This document shows positions 49,165 through 59,809 of a stretch of DNA of 64,000 nucleotides, in pieces. A model generated the notes under the pieces. The model did no database searches. It was not told the DNA's origin and saw only the letters and a list, made by a program, of their open reading frames with translations. The translations under genes were made by a program, and so were the position numbers. The stretch lies in NCBI GenBank assembly GCA_965198235.1, contig OZ240248.1, positions 2,144,001 to 2,208,000 of the forward strand, in the 5' to 3' direction. Position 1 is the stretch's first letter. Every line of letters begins with the position of its first letter. The stretch comes from Candidatus Poribacteria bacterium (lineage in GTDB: Bacteria > Poribacteria > WGA-4E > WGA-3G).

Positions 49165-49620
49165 ATGGATATAAAATATACCGATCAACAAATAGCAGAA
49201 CTAATTGATGAGCGTAAAGTTTTGCCAGATAACTGGCGTATCCAACTGGATAAGAACAATAGTTTGTATATTATTGGGGAACATGGTAACCGCTTTCGCA
49301 TCATAACCAATCTCAATACAAAATATCCAGCAGATTTCTCAGTAATTTTGGCGGTTATAAACCCTAAAACTGGGGCAGAATTCCGGATCCGTCGCTATAA
49401 TGGTATGCATAAGCGGCCTCACAACAACAAAATTGAAAAACAAAAAATTTACGGTTACCACATTCACTCTGCTACAGAGCGATATCAGGAGAGAGGTTAT
49501 GATGAGGAAACTTACGCAGAGAAAACAGACCGCTATAATGACCTTAAAGGTGCTCTACATTGTCTTATACAGGATACAAATTTTGAATTACCAGCACAGT
49601 TAGAGTTAAAACTTTTCTAG
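49165..49620 (+). CDS. His-motif hypothetical protein (DUF6978-like partner of DUF1828)
   Basis: RRYNG.H..H.N.IE...HIH.ATERY motif; AT-rich; coupled to the next gene. Confidence 0.65.
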   Translation: MDIKYTDQQIAELIDERKVLPDNWRIQLDKNNSLYIIGEHGNRFRIITNLNTKYPADFSVILAVINPKTGAEFRIRRYNGMHKRPHNNKIEKQKIYGYHIHSATERYQERGYDEETYAEKTDRYNDLKGALHCLIQDTNFELPAQLELKLF

Positions 49621-49632
49621 GAGGTGAGATCA

Positions 49633-50415
49633 ATGTCAGTCAAAACAATAGAAAAAGACTTTGTTGATAAAGTTTCCGCTGAGATACAACTTTTAGCGGA
49701 TGGCAGGGATCGTTTTCTCGTCTCAACTCCGTTCCATTTCAATGATGGGGATCAGTTAGTTATTGTCCTGAAAAAGATGGGAGATAGATGGGTCCTCTCA
49801 GACGAGGCACATACCTATATGCACCTTTCATACTATATGGACGAACAAAGACTTCATAGTGGGAATCGCCAAAAGTTAATTCTAAAAGCTTTATCCATGT
49901 TTCAAGTTAAGGACTATGATGGCGAATTAATTGTTGATGTATCCGATGGGTGTTATGGGGAGGCTCTTTATGACTTTGTCCAAGCCCTACTGAAAATAAT
50001 TGACGTTATATACTTGTCAAGAGAAACGGTTAGGTCAACATTTATTGACGATTTTCGTGCCTTTTTGTATCAAAAGGTAGAATCAAACCGTATGACATTC
50101 AACTGGCAACATCCGATGAATGATCCTGATGGGATTTACAAAGTAGACTGTAGAATAAACGGGAAGGTCCCACCCCTATTTGTGTTTGCACTAAATAGTG
50201 ATACTAAAACCCAAGCAGCGGCACTCACATTACACCAATTCAAGGCGTGGGGTATTGATTATCAACCTCTGGGTATCTTTGAAAAAAAGAATACGACTAC
50301 TCGCGATGTACTTTTACGTTTCAATGATGTTTGCGAAACACATTTCACCGATATAATCCAAAGTAGCGAAGAAATCGGACAATATTTGCAAAATTATATG
50401 TCAGATGAAGCATAA
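49633..50415 (+). CDS. DUF1828-like protein
   Basis: STPFHFNDGDQL..WVLSDE.HT motif; C-terminal Y.VDC nuclease-like segment; RBS GAGGTG. Confidence 0.7.
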   Translation: MSVKTIEKDFVDKVSAEIQLLADGRDRFLVSTPFHFNDGDQLVIVLKKMGDRWVLSDEAHTYMHLSYYMDEQRLHSGNRQKLILKALSMFQVKDYDGELIVDVSDGCYGEALYDFVQALLKIIDVIYLSRETVRSTFIDDFRAFLYQKVESNRMTFNWQHPMNDPDGIYKVDCRINGKVPPLFVFALNSDTKTQAAALTLHQFKAWGIDYQPLGIFEKKNTTTRDVLLRFNDVCETHFTDIIQSSEEIGQYLQNYMSDEA

Positions 50416-52444
50416 CAATTATCGTCATAATAGGGACTTGCAAACTCTACTTCGGCGATACGGAGATCCTATGACCCAACCCGACATCATCCAAACTATC
50501 CTCAAAGACAGCAATTACCACCTGGATCTCTTCACAGACCCTGAAGTTCAATCTTTGCGCCAAAAAATTTTTATCAAGACGGTGAGAAGCAAAGAGACAC
50601 CACACATTAAATGCATAATTCGCAATAATGAGATCCAGTTAAAACCTGAGGAGCTGATCCGCCAACTTTACGCGGCACGGCTCCTGAATCGGTATCATTA
50701 TTCTCCAGATCGTGTGAGATTTGAGCACCTCGTAAATTTTGGTAGAGAAAGGAAACGCGCTGACATCGTTATCCTTGACAAGGATAGACCGGATGCCCCT
50801 TATATCATCATTGAGATAAAGAAACCCAAACTCCAAGATGGTAAGGAGCAACTCCGTTCCTACTGCAATGCGACTGGCGCGCCTATTGCCGTATGGACAA
50901 ACGGTCAACAGATTTCACACTACCACCGGAGAGATCCAAACTACTTTGAAGACATTACCGATATCCCTAACGCCGAGCAGACTTTGGCAGATATCCTTAA
51001 AGAACACTTTACCCTTAAAGATCTCATTCTTAAGGACAAACTCACTACGGAGCACAAATCCTTAAAAGAGGTCATCTTGGAATTGGAGGATGAAGTGCTT
51101 GCCAACGCGGGGGTGGATGTTTTTGAAGAGGTTTTTAAGCTCATCTTTACCAAGCTTTATGATGAATCGCTGAGTTACAAAGACAAAGGCGTTATTGACT
51201 ATTTTGTCCGTCAACAGCAGAGCGGTGTTCCACAACAAGAAAATGGAATAGCCTATGACATGGATTATGAAGTTATTAAGCTGGCAGCAGAGTCAATTTC
51301 GGACGATGGATTTCGGGCCATGGAGTTTAGAAACACAGGTCAAACTGACAGTGAACTCAAAACCAAAATTCAGAGGCTTTTTGACGAGGCAAAGAACCGA
51401 TGGAAAGGTGTTTTTCCCGAATATTCAACGTTTGAACTTTCTGATAGCCACCTATCCGTTTGCGTGTCCAGTTTGCAGGATATTAAGTTGTTCAACTCCA
51501 ACTTACAAGTCGTGGACGAAGCGTTTGAGTATCTTGTGAGTAAATCCGCCAAAGGCGAGAAGGGACAATACTTCACCCCGCGGCACGTCATTGATATGTG
51601 CGTGAAAATGCTCAACCCGCAGCCCGGCGAGTATATGATCGACACTGCCTCCGGTAGTTGCGGGTTTCCGGTACACACAATTTTCAAGCTTACTGGGACA
51701 CTTTTCACCAACTCGGAAATTCTGGATACCGACAAAGAGCACGTTCTCAAGGTGTTTGGCATTGACTTTGATGAAAAGACAGTCAGGGTTGCCAGAACCC
51801 TCAATCTGATTGCAGGAGACGGTGAAACAAATGTTTTGCACCTCAACACATTGGATTATGACCGCTGGAGTGACAGTACAGAGGAGAACAGCAGGTGGGT
51901 ACGTACCTATGGAGACGGTTTCGATCGGCTTAAAGCATTAAGAACCCAATCAGGGAGAGACAAACTTTTTAACTTTGACATCCTGATGGCAAATCCGCCT
52001 TTTGCTGGGGACATCAAGGAGACCCGCATCCTCCACCAATATACTCTCGGCTTTAAAGGGAACGGCAAGGCACAGAGCAAAGTTGGCAGGGATATTCTAT
52101 TTATTGAGCGTAACCTGGATTTCCTCAAACCCGGTGGGAGAATGGCAATCGTCCTCCCACAAGGCAGATTCAACAATGCATCTGATAAATACATCCGTGA
52201 TTTTATCGCGGAACATGCCCGTATTTTGGCTGTAGTCGGACTGGATACTAATACCTTCAAACCTCACACTGGCACCAATACGAGTGTTCTATTTGTGCAA
52301 AAGTGGAACGATGATTCTTCCAAAGGTCCCCTTTGTCCTGAAGTCGAGGACTACCCTATCTTTTTCGCTGTCTCCGAGAAAGGTGGAAAGGATAATTCCG
52401 GCGATTACGTTTTTCTCGAAAATGGCGTTGGGCAATACAAGTTA

Positions 52445-53315
52445 GGTAGTGTTTACATTTTTTTAGAGGTGATAAGTATAGCTGCGAAATAAACAAATCC
52501 GAGGTATCGACATGCGTATTTATCATAGCGCGTGGCAACCCGGCGATACTGTTTCAACCGCTGAAAAAAACGCTCAATGACGTTGCGAAGTTTATACACC
52601 TCTGCGTCATAAGGGCGATCTTCAAGACGGCTCTTCCGAGGGCGGATAACGGTTTCCGCCGCCCCTTGGGCAGTTATCTCCGCCCGAAACGCATCCGAGT
52701 CGTAGGCAGCATCAGCAATAACATATTCACACGAGTAGCCGGCAATCAACGCCGAGGCTTGTGTAATGTCATGCCGCTGCCCCGCCGTCAAGGTAAAACG
52801 CAACGGGAGAAAGTCCACACTCACAGCAGCATTGAGTTTTGTCGTAAAGCCACCCCGACTCCGACCAAGGGCCTCACTTTCTTGACCTCCGTTTTTTTTT
52901 CGGGGCACCCGCTGCACACGAGTGGGCACGCACGATCGTCGAGTCAATCAGCAGCGCAGAGATTTCACCCGCAGCATGGAAGTGTTCATGGAGTTTTTCA
53001 AAGACACCCGCATCGCACCATCTCCCGAAACGTCTATAGATGCTATTCCAATACCCATAAACTTTCGGCAGGGCCCGCCAAGTCGCACCTTCCTTTGTTA
53101 TCCAGATGACTGCTGAGAGAAAACGTCTACAGTCTTCAGGATTACCGACATAGACGTTTGACAACGTTTTCAGAAACGGGTGGATGCTCTGCCAAGCACC
53201 ATCTGAAATCATCACAGGCAGGTCTTGAGTTTCAGTTATGTTTGCAGCTTTCATGGAAAACAGTCTACCAAAACCTAACCAAAATGTCAATAACTCACAC
53301 AATGTAAACACTACC
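52445..53315 (-). mobile_element. IS5-family (IS427-like) element, 871 bp
   Basis: Perfect 15-bp TIR ggtagtgtttacatt, TA duplication, two ORFs joined at an A9 slippery run. Confidence 0.92.
52453..53254 (-). CDS. IS5 transposase (two ORFs, -1 frameshift near 52892-52900)
   Basis: WRALP..YG.W.SIYRRF.RW, IDSTIVRAH, GRSRGGFTTK, ADAAYDS, R..IERFF..LK.YRRVATRYDK. Confidence 0.88.
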
Positions 53316-53450
53316 TAGACAAAAACGGACATTTGATTGTTGAACACGACCTGCATAATCACAACGGGGAACTACCCGATGGGATTGCGGAGTCTTTTAT
53401 TGAATGGGCAAAAAACGAAAATTTGGGTTTTTGGTGCGGAGAATAAAAAT

Positions 53451-54845
53451 TTGCGGTTCAAAATCAGAAAACTATCTCATCTATCCTTGCATCCTGACTT
53501 TCGTTGGGATAGTGAATACCTAAGTCGCGAACCTTATAAAAATAAAAATTTCAAGTACGTTCCTATAGGAAATACGCTTACTTCGAGTCAATACGGCGTT
53601 TCAATTAAAATGAATGAAGACGAGATAGGAACAAAAATTTACAGAATGAACGAAATTAGCAATATGCTGTGTGACCGAAATATATCAAAGTATGCCGAAT
53701 TAAATGATAATCAAATATCCTCATTCAAACTCAAAGATAAGGATGTTCTGTTTAATCGGACAAACTCAAAAGAGTTTGTAGGTAGAACCGGTATATTTAG
53801 AAAATTCTCAGATGAAGATATTGTTTTTGCATCCTACCTTGTCCGCATAAATCCTGATCCAGAAATCGTTACCCCTGAATATTTGACAGCGTTTTTGAAT
53901 ACCAAATACGGTATAATTGACATCAAGAGGCGAGCAAGGCATTCAATTAACCAATCGAATGTCAACTTAGAAGAAGTAAAAAGAATAGAAATACCGCTTT
54001 TATGCAATCAGCTTCAAAAAGAAATAACATCATCGTTTGATAAAGCTTTTCATCTAATCCAATCGTCAGAGAAGGTATATCACCAAGCACAAACCTTACT
54101 CCTTATCGAACTCGGTCTCACCGGCTGGCAACCAAAACAACAGTTAACCTTCGTCAAAAACTTTTCGGACACACAGCGCGCCGAACGCATTGACGCTAAT
54201 TACTTTCAACCAAGATATGATGATATTGTGAATGCCATTAGAGAATATCCGGGGGGCTGGAATACACTGGAAAATCTGGCGCGTTTGAAGGATAGTAATT
54301 TCAATCCTGATGCTGAAACAGAATACAAGTACATTGAACTTGCCAATATCGGGCGGAATGGAGAAATAAACGGTTGTATGGAAGATCAAAGTCAGAACTT
54401 ACCGACCAGGGCACGGTGTAAGGTCGCGGTCGGAGATGTTATTGTTTCATCTGTTGAAGGTTCATTAGAAAGCATCGCCTTGGTAACCGAAGAATATGAT
54501 AACGCTCTATGTTCAACTGGATTTCATGTTATTCGATCTGACGTGTTTAATTCCGAGACTTTACTTGTGTTTTTGAAAAGCAGCGCGGGTCAGTTACAGC
54601 TCAAGAAAGGATGTAACGGGACGATTCTCACTGCGATCAATAGAGATGAATTTAGTAAAATTGTCGCCCCAATAATTAAAGCGGATAAGCAGACTAAAAT
54701 CCAACAAAAAGTTATTGAATCCTTCAACCTGCGCAAGCACTCCAAAGATCTTCTGGAACATGCAAAACGCGCAGTCGAAATCGCAATTGAACAGGACGAA
54801 AGGGCTGCTATTGATTGGTTGGAATCTGCTTCACAACTACCTTGA
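53451..54845 (+). CDS. Restriction-modification specificity (HsdS-like) subunit
   Basis: Two TRD-like halves (DVLFNRTNS..VGRT, FASYLVRI; DVIVSSV..STGF); likely TTG start just after the restored MTase stop. Confidence 0.82.
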   Translation: MRFKIRKLSHLSLHPDFRWDSEYLSREPYKNKNFKYVPIGNTLTSSQYGVSIKMNEDEIGTKIYRMNEISNMLCDRNISKYAELNDNQISSFKLKDKDVLFNRTNSKEFVGRTGIFRKFSDEDIVFASYLVRINPDPEIVTPEYLTAFLNTKYGIIDIKRRARHSINQSNVNLEEVKRIEIPLLCNQLQKEITSSFDKAFHLIQSSEKVYHQAQTLLLIELGLTGWQPKQQLTFVKNFSDTQRAERIDANYFQPRYDDIVNAIREYPGGWNTLENLARLKDSNFNPDAETEYKYIELANIGRNGEINGCMEDQSQNLPTRARCKVAVGDVIVSSVEGSLESIALVTEEYDNALCSTGFHVIRSDVFNSETLLVFLKSSAGQLQLKKGCNGTILTAINRDEFSKIVAPIIKADKQTKIQQKVIESFNLRKHSKDLLEHAKRAVEIAIEQDERAAIDWLESASQLP

Positions 54846-55338
54846 AATTTTTAAACGCTTTATAGGTTGAGTAGAGCGACGCGAAACCCCATAACTGTTA
54901 ACTTAAGAAAATGAAGCGTTTGTAGTCGCGCAATTCATTGCGCCTCTTACATTAGCCCCAGCGGGGTGGAATGTGTATAGCAACGTAATTATATGTCCTC
55001 TTTAGTTCCGCCAAATATTATACACGTATTTGGCGTTGATTCGCGGGGTGACAGGTGTATCCGTGAAAATTCTGCGCAATCAATATTTTTGAACTTGCAC
55101 CTTGTGCAAACTGATATGTAACACTGGTAATAATAAAATACAGATAATCTTTATAACACACCTATTCGACTTCCCATTTTTCACCAGTTTTAACAATACC
55201 TTCGCCAAAAGTGATTGAATAAATAGGGCGATTGTCCTAAAGTTATAACAACCAAACATATGTACTGCCATCGGAAATTCGGGCCACCCTCTAAACCAAG
55301 ATTGTGATAGAATACAATCTTACTGAAAGGAGAATCCG

Positions 55339-55629
55339 ATGGCGAAACGAAAACGAAGAAACTTCACCCCTGAGTTTAAAACCGAGGTTGTTCTTGAGGC
55401 ACTCCGCGGTGAAAGTTCCCAAGCAGAACTCTGCCGGCGCCATAACCTCAGCGAAGACCAGCTCTCAAAGTGGAAGCAGCAGTTTCTTGAAAATGCGGCA
55501 TCTGTGTTTGCCTCCACGGATCAGCAGTCTAGCGAGGCGGCCGAGCGTATTGCTCACCTTGAACAGCTCGTTGGGCGGTTGACCGTGGCACTCGACATTC
55601 AAAAAAAAGCCTTGACTTGGTTGAGTTGA
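55339..55629 (+). CDS. IS3 OrfA (HTH)
   Basis: RRNFTPEFK..VVLE..ELCRRH..LSKWK; A7G run near its end. Confidence 0.9.
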   Translation: MAKRKRRNFTPEFKTEVVLEALRGESSQAELCRRHNLSEDQLSKWKQQFLENAASVFASTDQQSSEAAERIAHLEQLVGRLTVALDIQKKALTWLS

Positions 55630-56465
55630 TCCCGTCTGAAGAGTGCCAAATAGTTGAGGCATTGCGGACGGATTACTCGGTGCGACAGATTTGCGAGACG
55701 CTGGGTTTCACTCGGAGCAATCTCTATTATCAACCGAAAAAGGCCCCTTGTGAAGCCGTCCTGCGAGATGAAATAGAGAAGTTAGCTGCACAGTATCCGA
55801 CCTACGGGTATAGGCGTATCACGCAGTTGCTGGTGAATGAGGGATACCCCGTTGGGCATCGCCGCGTTGCCCGATTGATGAAATCCGAAAACCTCTGCGT
55901 TGCTGTTAAGCGTGCTTGTCAAACGACTCACTCCATTGACGGTGTGCGTCCGTGGGGGAATCGACTGAAGACGCTTGACATCTGTAGACGCGATCAAGTC
56001 TGGGTAGGCGATATAACCTACGTCCGACTCAAGGGACACTTCGTCTATGTCGCTGTGCTCATGGATGTCTTCACTCGCATGATAAGAGGATGGAAACTCA
56101 GTCAACATTTGAACACATCTCTAACGTTGAAACCGCTACAACAGGCATTGTGCCAAAACGTCCCAGAGATCCACCATAGCGATCAAGGCGTTCAATATCT
56201 TTCAAGTGCTTACATTTCAACGCTGAGGCATCATAACATTGAGATTTCCTTAGCACCGAGAGGGTGTCCTTGGGAGAACGGGTATGCTGAAAGACTCATC
56301 CGCACGCTCAAGGAGGAAGAAGTTCATCTCAACGACTACAAGGATGTAACCGAGGCGAGAGATCGCATCGGTCATTTTATCACACAGGTGTATCATCAAA
56401 AACGCCCGCATTCGGCGTTAGGATATTTGACACCTATGGAATTTCAAAGACAAAACTTGTCTTAA
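55617..56465 (+). CDS. IS3 OrfB (rve integrase core)
   Basis: YGYRRI, WVGDITY, HHSDQG.QY, ENGYAER, RPHSALGY. Confidence 0.92.
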   Translation: MVELIPSEECQIVEALRTDYSVRQICETLGFTRSNLYYQPKKAPCEAVLRDEIEKLAAQYPTYGYRRITQLLVNEGYPVGHRRVARLMKSENLCVAVKRACQTTHSIDGVRPWGNRLKTLDICRRDQVWVGDITYVRLKGHFVYVAVLMDVFTRMIRGWKLSQHLNTSLTLKPLQQALCQNVPEIHHSDQGVQYLSSAYISTLRHHNIEISLAPRGCPWENGYAERLIRTLKEEEVHLNDYKDVTEARDRIGHFITQVYHQKRPHSALGYLTPMEFQRQNLS

Positions 56466-56528
56466 CTTTGCTAAATTGTGGTCTGAATAAACGTTGGCAC
56501 TTCAATAACTTGGAAAGGACAATCACCC

Positions 56529-57872
56529 ATGCCTGAAATTATAGCACTGTTTACTGTTTTTATTCCACATTTATCCGCAACGACTCACCGGCAGTTCTGC
56601 CAAGTTGTATTCGCACTGCTTGCGATGACAGGGCGGGTAACAATGTTAAATATTTCTCGTTGGACTTCACAAGGCGGTAGCTACCGCACCATCCAACGCT
56701 TTTTCAATACTGTTATTCCTTGGGCTACGATTTGCGCGATGTTTTTTCGCAGGCATCTGTTTGATCGTGAAAGTGCCTATATCCTCGCAGGAGACGAAAC
56801 AATCGTGGCAAAATCGGGAGACCGCACCTATGGTTTATCGCGTTTTTTCTCCTCATTGTATGGCAGATGCGTTCCGGGTTTAGCGTTCTTTGCGGTGTCT
56901 TTGGTCAGTGTCAAGCAACGTTGTTCCTATCCAATGTTAATGGAGCCAATCGTCAGGCAGCCCGCATCGTTAGAGCCGCGTTGTGAAGTCGCCGAACGTC
57001 AAAAGCCGTCCGTGAAACGCAAGCGAGGTCGCCCGAAGGGGAGTCGGAATCACAATAAAACGGAGGTCGTCTTCAGCGAGACATTGAAACACCTGCAAAC
57101 GATGCTCAAGAAGGTGTTAGCAGAGATCGGTGATTTGATACCTTTGCGTTATTTCGTCTGTGATGGATACTTTGAACACAATGCTGCGCTACAGATGACC
57201 CAACAATGTCGACTCCATCTGATTTCAAAACTCCGCAGAGATGCTGCGCTTTATTTTTCACCGACGACACCTTACACCGGATGTGGATGCCCGCGCATCT
57301 ATGGAGAACGGTTGAACCCCGAAGATATTGACAGCAAATACCGAGTCTCTACACAGACACAAGCAAACATCACCACTGAAGTCTATCAAATGCGGTGCGG
57401 ACACAAACACTTCGCAGAACCCCTGAATGTCGTTTGTATCCTCAAAACGCATCTACAGACGCAACACAAATCACACGTCTTATTGTTCAGTTCTGATTTG
57501 GATGTGGATGCTGAAACAATCATCGACTACTATTCGCTCCGTTTTCAAATTGAGTTCAACTTCCGAGATGCCAAACAGTATTGGGGCTTAGACGATTTTA
57601 TGAATGTCAAAGAAATACCTGTCAACAATGCCGCGAATCTCTCAATGTTTATGGTCAATGTCGCTGCGAAACTGACAGCCGCGTTTCGATCAGAACAGAC
57701 CGGATTTCGGGTTTTAGATCTCAAAGCACGCTACCGTGGGTTGAAGTATTTACACGAGACATTAAAAATACTTCCCCAAAAACCTGAAGGCATTGTTATT
57801 GAAAAAATCGCTGAACATCTCGGGACCATCGGGGCTATTCATTACACACCACCTCAACTTACCCCTGAATAA
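56529..57872 (+). CDS. DDE transposase of the outer IS
   Basis: LAGDET, VCDGYF, YSLRFQIEFNFRDAKQ. Confidence 0.88.
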   Translation: MPEIIALFTVFIPHLSATTHRQFCQVVFALLAMTGRVTMLNISRWTSQGGSYRTIQRFFNTVIPWATICAMFFRRHLFDRESAYILAGDETIVAKSGDRTYGLSRFFSSLYGRCVPGLAFFAVSLVSVKQRCSYPMLMEPIVRQPASLEPRCEVAERQKPSVKRKRGRPKGSRNHNKTEVVFSETLKHLQTMLKKVLAEIGDLIPLRYFVCDGYFEHNAALQMTQQCRLHLISKLRRDAALYFSPTTPYTGCGCPRIYGERLNPEDIDSKYRVSTQTQANITTEVYQMRCGHKHFAEPLNVVCILKTHLQTQHKSHVLLFSSDLDVDAETIIDYYSLRFQIEFNFRDAKQYWGLDDFMNVKEIPVNNAANLSMFMVNVAAKLTAAFRSEQTGFRVLDLKARYRGLKYLHETLKILPQKPEGIVIEKIAEHLGTIGAIHYTPPQLTPE

Positions 57873-57893
57873 TTGGCGAAGGTATTGTTTTAA

Positions 57894-58814
57894 TAGAAGA
57901 GCTTTTAAATGATTTTGGAGGCAAATCTTGTTTGTATTCTATCATAGATAAGTTAACATCATAAAGATCGTCATTTGGAAGCGTATTTAATCCTGAAATG
58001 TTTAATAGTTTATGTGAATCGGTATCTTGTGTAGCGTCTAGTCCAACAACCAATTTAAAGAAAAATGGAGTAAACGATATAATATTCTCACATGCACCTA
58101 TCCGCGTATTATCCCAAAATTGTTTCATATTCATTCCTATAGATGCCGTTTGATTACCTTTTAAAGTTACATTAGGCAGATTGACACGAGCGACCTGGTC
58201 TGCATGATAAACTAAATCTTTAGATGTATGAAAAGCCATGTATATCCTTGCAACATGATGCATATACACCCGACCAATCCCATCTATATCAACATAAATT
58301 GCATTTCTATCCTTAACAATTTCGTAAAGAATTTGATGAACGGGATACCTTTTGAATTCATAGTTTTGAGCTAAAAACATATAAAGTATTTGCTTGATCA
58401 CATCTCTGGGATTGATACGGATAGTGACTGTTCTACCATCTAAACCTTGTTTTATATGAGATATAAGTTGTTTGACCATATCGTTAAATCCACTAACATA
58501 TCCACCACTGACTTTATTATTACAATTTTTACAAACAGTTTTAAACCCTAATTTTTGTTGGACATTATCGGTACCATCGTAGTTTATCATTAGAGTGTCT
58601 TTACTTTTTAAGTAATCAGTATGTGTTTGTATAATTTTTCGAGTTGATTTTGGCGGTATATGCTCAAAATCCAAAACTTTATACTCATTGCATACGTTGC
58701 AATTATATTTTTTCCGCGCTTTGCATTTTTCATTTTTGGCGTAAATGCAAAAGATGTATAAGCTTTATTTCTTTTTCTGTTTCTTCTTCTTTTTTGGTTA
58801 CTTCGTTTTGACAT
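57894..58814 (-). pseudogene. HNH-type endonuclease, frameshifted near the 5' end and cut at the 3' end by the IS
   Basis: -1 shift at an A6 run joins MSKRSNQK... to YNCNVC..DFEHIPPKS..VCKNCNN; native tail IKTGEKWEVE* lies at 55162-55193; very AT-rich. Confidence 0.65.
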
Positions 58815-59085
58815 GATTATACCTCGTTACGGTTTTAGTTCATTACCATAAATACAAGTTCCGATTTTCATCAGATACTCCATCCTTTTAGAAATTGGTG
58901 ATTTTGATTTAATATCAGTTTTGTTTAATTTCTAATTGTAACATGTTAAATTGCCCTGTGGCAAATTAAAATGGGATGTAGAAAGGCGTTGTAATTTACC
59001 ATTTTTCTCGTAACTTACGCGATCACGCTAAGGACTTTCTGATGATAACCGATTCAAAAAATGCTGATTCGATACGTTAATTCAA

Positions 59086-59596
59086 TTTTCACATTCGTTT
59101 TTTCACGGAGAGACAGCATATTGCATCTCAGCAACCCACGGTCCGCCTACGCCCGTAAAATCCTCCGTGAAGCCTCCGTGAAAGTTAACGTTTCTGCGGA
59201 ACATTTATCGGAAGATATACGATAATCCGTCCAGCACCGAGAAAGTTTTGTTACGGATGTAGACCGGTGAGACATTTTCATAGCAGCTTTCATAGCATCC
59301 CTTGATGAAACTGTCTAAAACCCAATACGGGTGTGGGTTTATCGCTTTTCCGACACCTATTGATTTTTGGATTTGCTATGAAAACTGTGAAAGTATCGTC
59401 AGATGTGCGAATCTGTAGACATTTCAGGAACCACTATATTCCTCCGTTCAAACCTCGCCAGTTAACCGCTCTGAAGTCCGATGGTTATTTTCAGAGTAAC
59501 ATTTTTCTCTGAGATGTCATAAAAGCATGGTTTCCCTTGATTCTTGGCTGTTTTTCCCTACCTATTTTTCTCATTTTACTCTGAATACTCTGAAAT
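59086..59596. repeat. Three tandem ~100-120 bp inverted-repeat units sharing TTTCA...TGAA-TGAAA architecture
   Basis: tttcacggag/ctccgtgaa x2; tttcatagca x2/tgctatgaaa; tttcagagta/tactctgaa x2. Confidence 0.55.
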
Positions 59597-59809
59597 CCGA
59601 GCACTTTTCCATAGTTCACTGCCCAAAAAAATCCGCGAAATCCGTGTCATCCGCGTCAATCCGCGATTCAGACAAACACCAACCAACTGCATAATCCTAA
59701 AAATCCTGATGCTGACAACTGAAAATCCGTTGAATTAAAAATATCTATTGTGATACAATAACTATTTGAATTAATCAATCCGAATGGAGCGTGCAAACAA
59801 AAAATAGAT

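Larger units (their letters stand above)
50471..53446 (+). pseudogene. Restriction nuclease-N6 methyltransferase fusion (HsdR_N + HsdM; type IIB/IIG-like) interrupted near its 3' end by IS5
   Basis: RADIV..IEIKK nuclease, GQYFTPR, DTASGSCGF, NPPF; removing the IS restores ...QYKLDKNGHLIVEHDL...LGFWCGE* ending at 53446. Confidence 0.85.
55261..56504 (+). mobile_element. IS3-family element
   Basis: TG...CA ends, imperfect IR tgtactgccatcggaaattcgggccac / tgaagtgccaacgtttattcagaccac, 3-bp TSD ata. Confidence 0.9.
55194..57887 (+). mobile_element. IS4/IS701-like DDE element containing a nested IS3
   Basis: TIR caataccttcgccaa / ttggcgaaggtattg; 6-bp TSD ttttaa on both sides. Confidence 0.88.

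Noticed and set aside
53337-53450. N-terminal extension of the S subunit
   Set aside because: This DNA encodes the displaced MTase C-terminus in another frame
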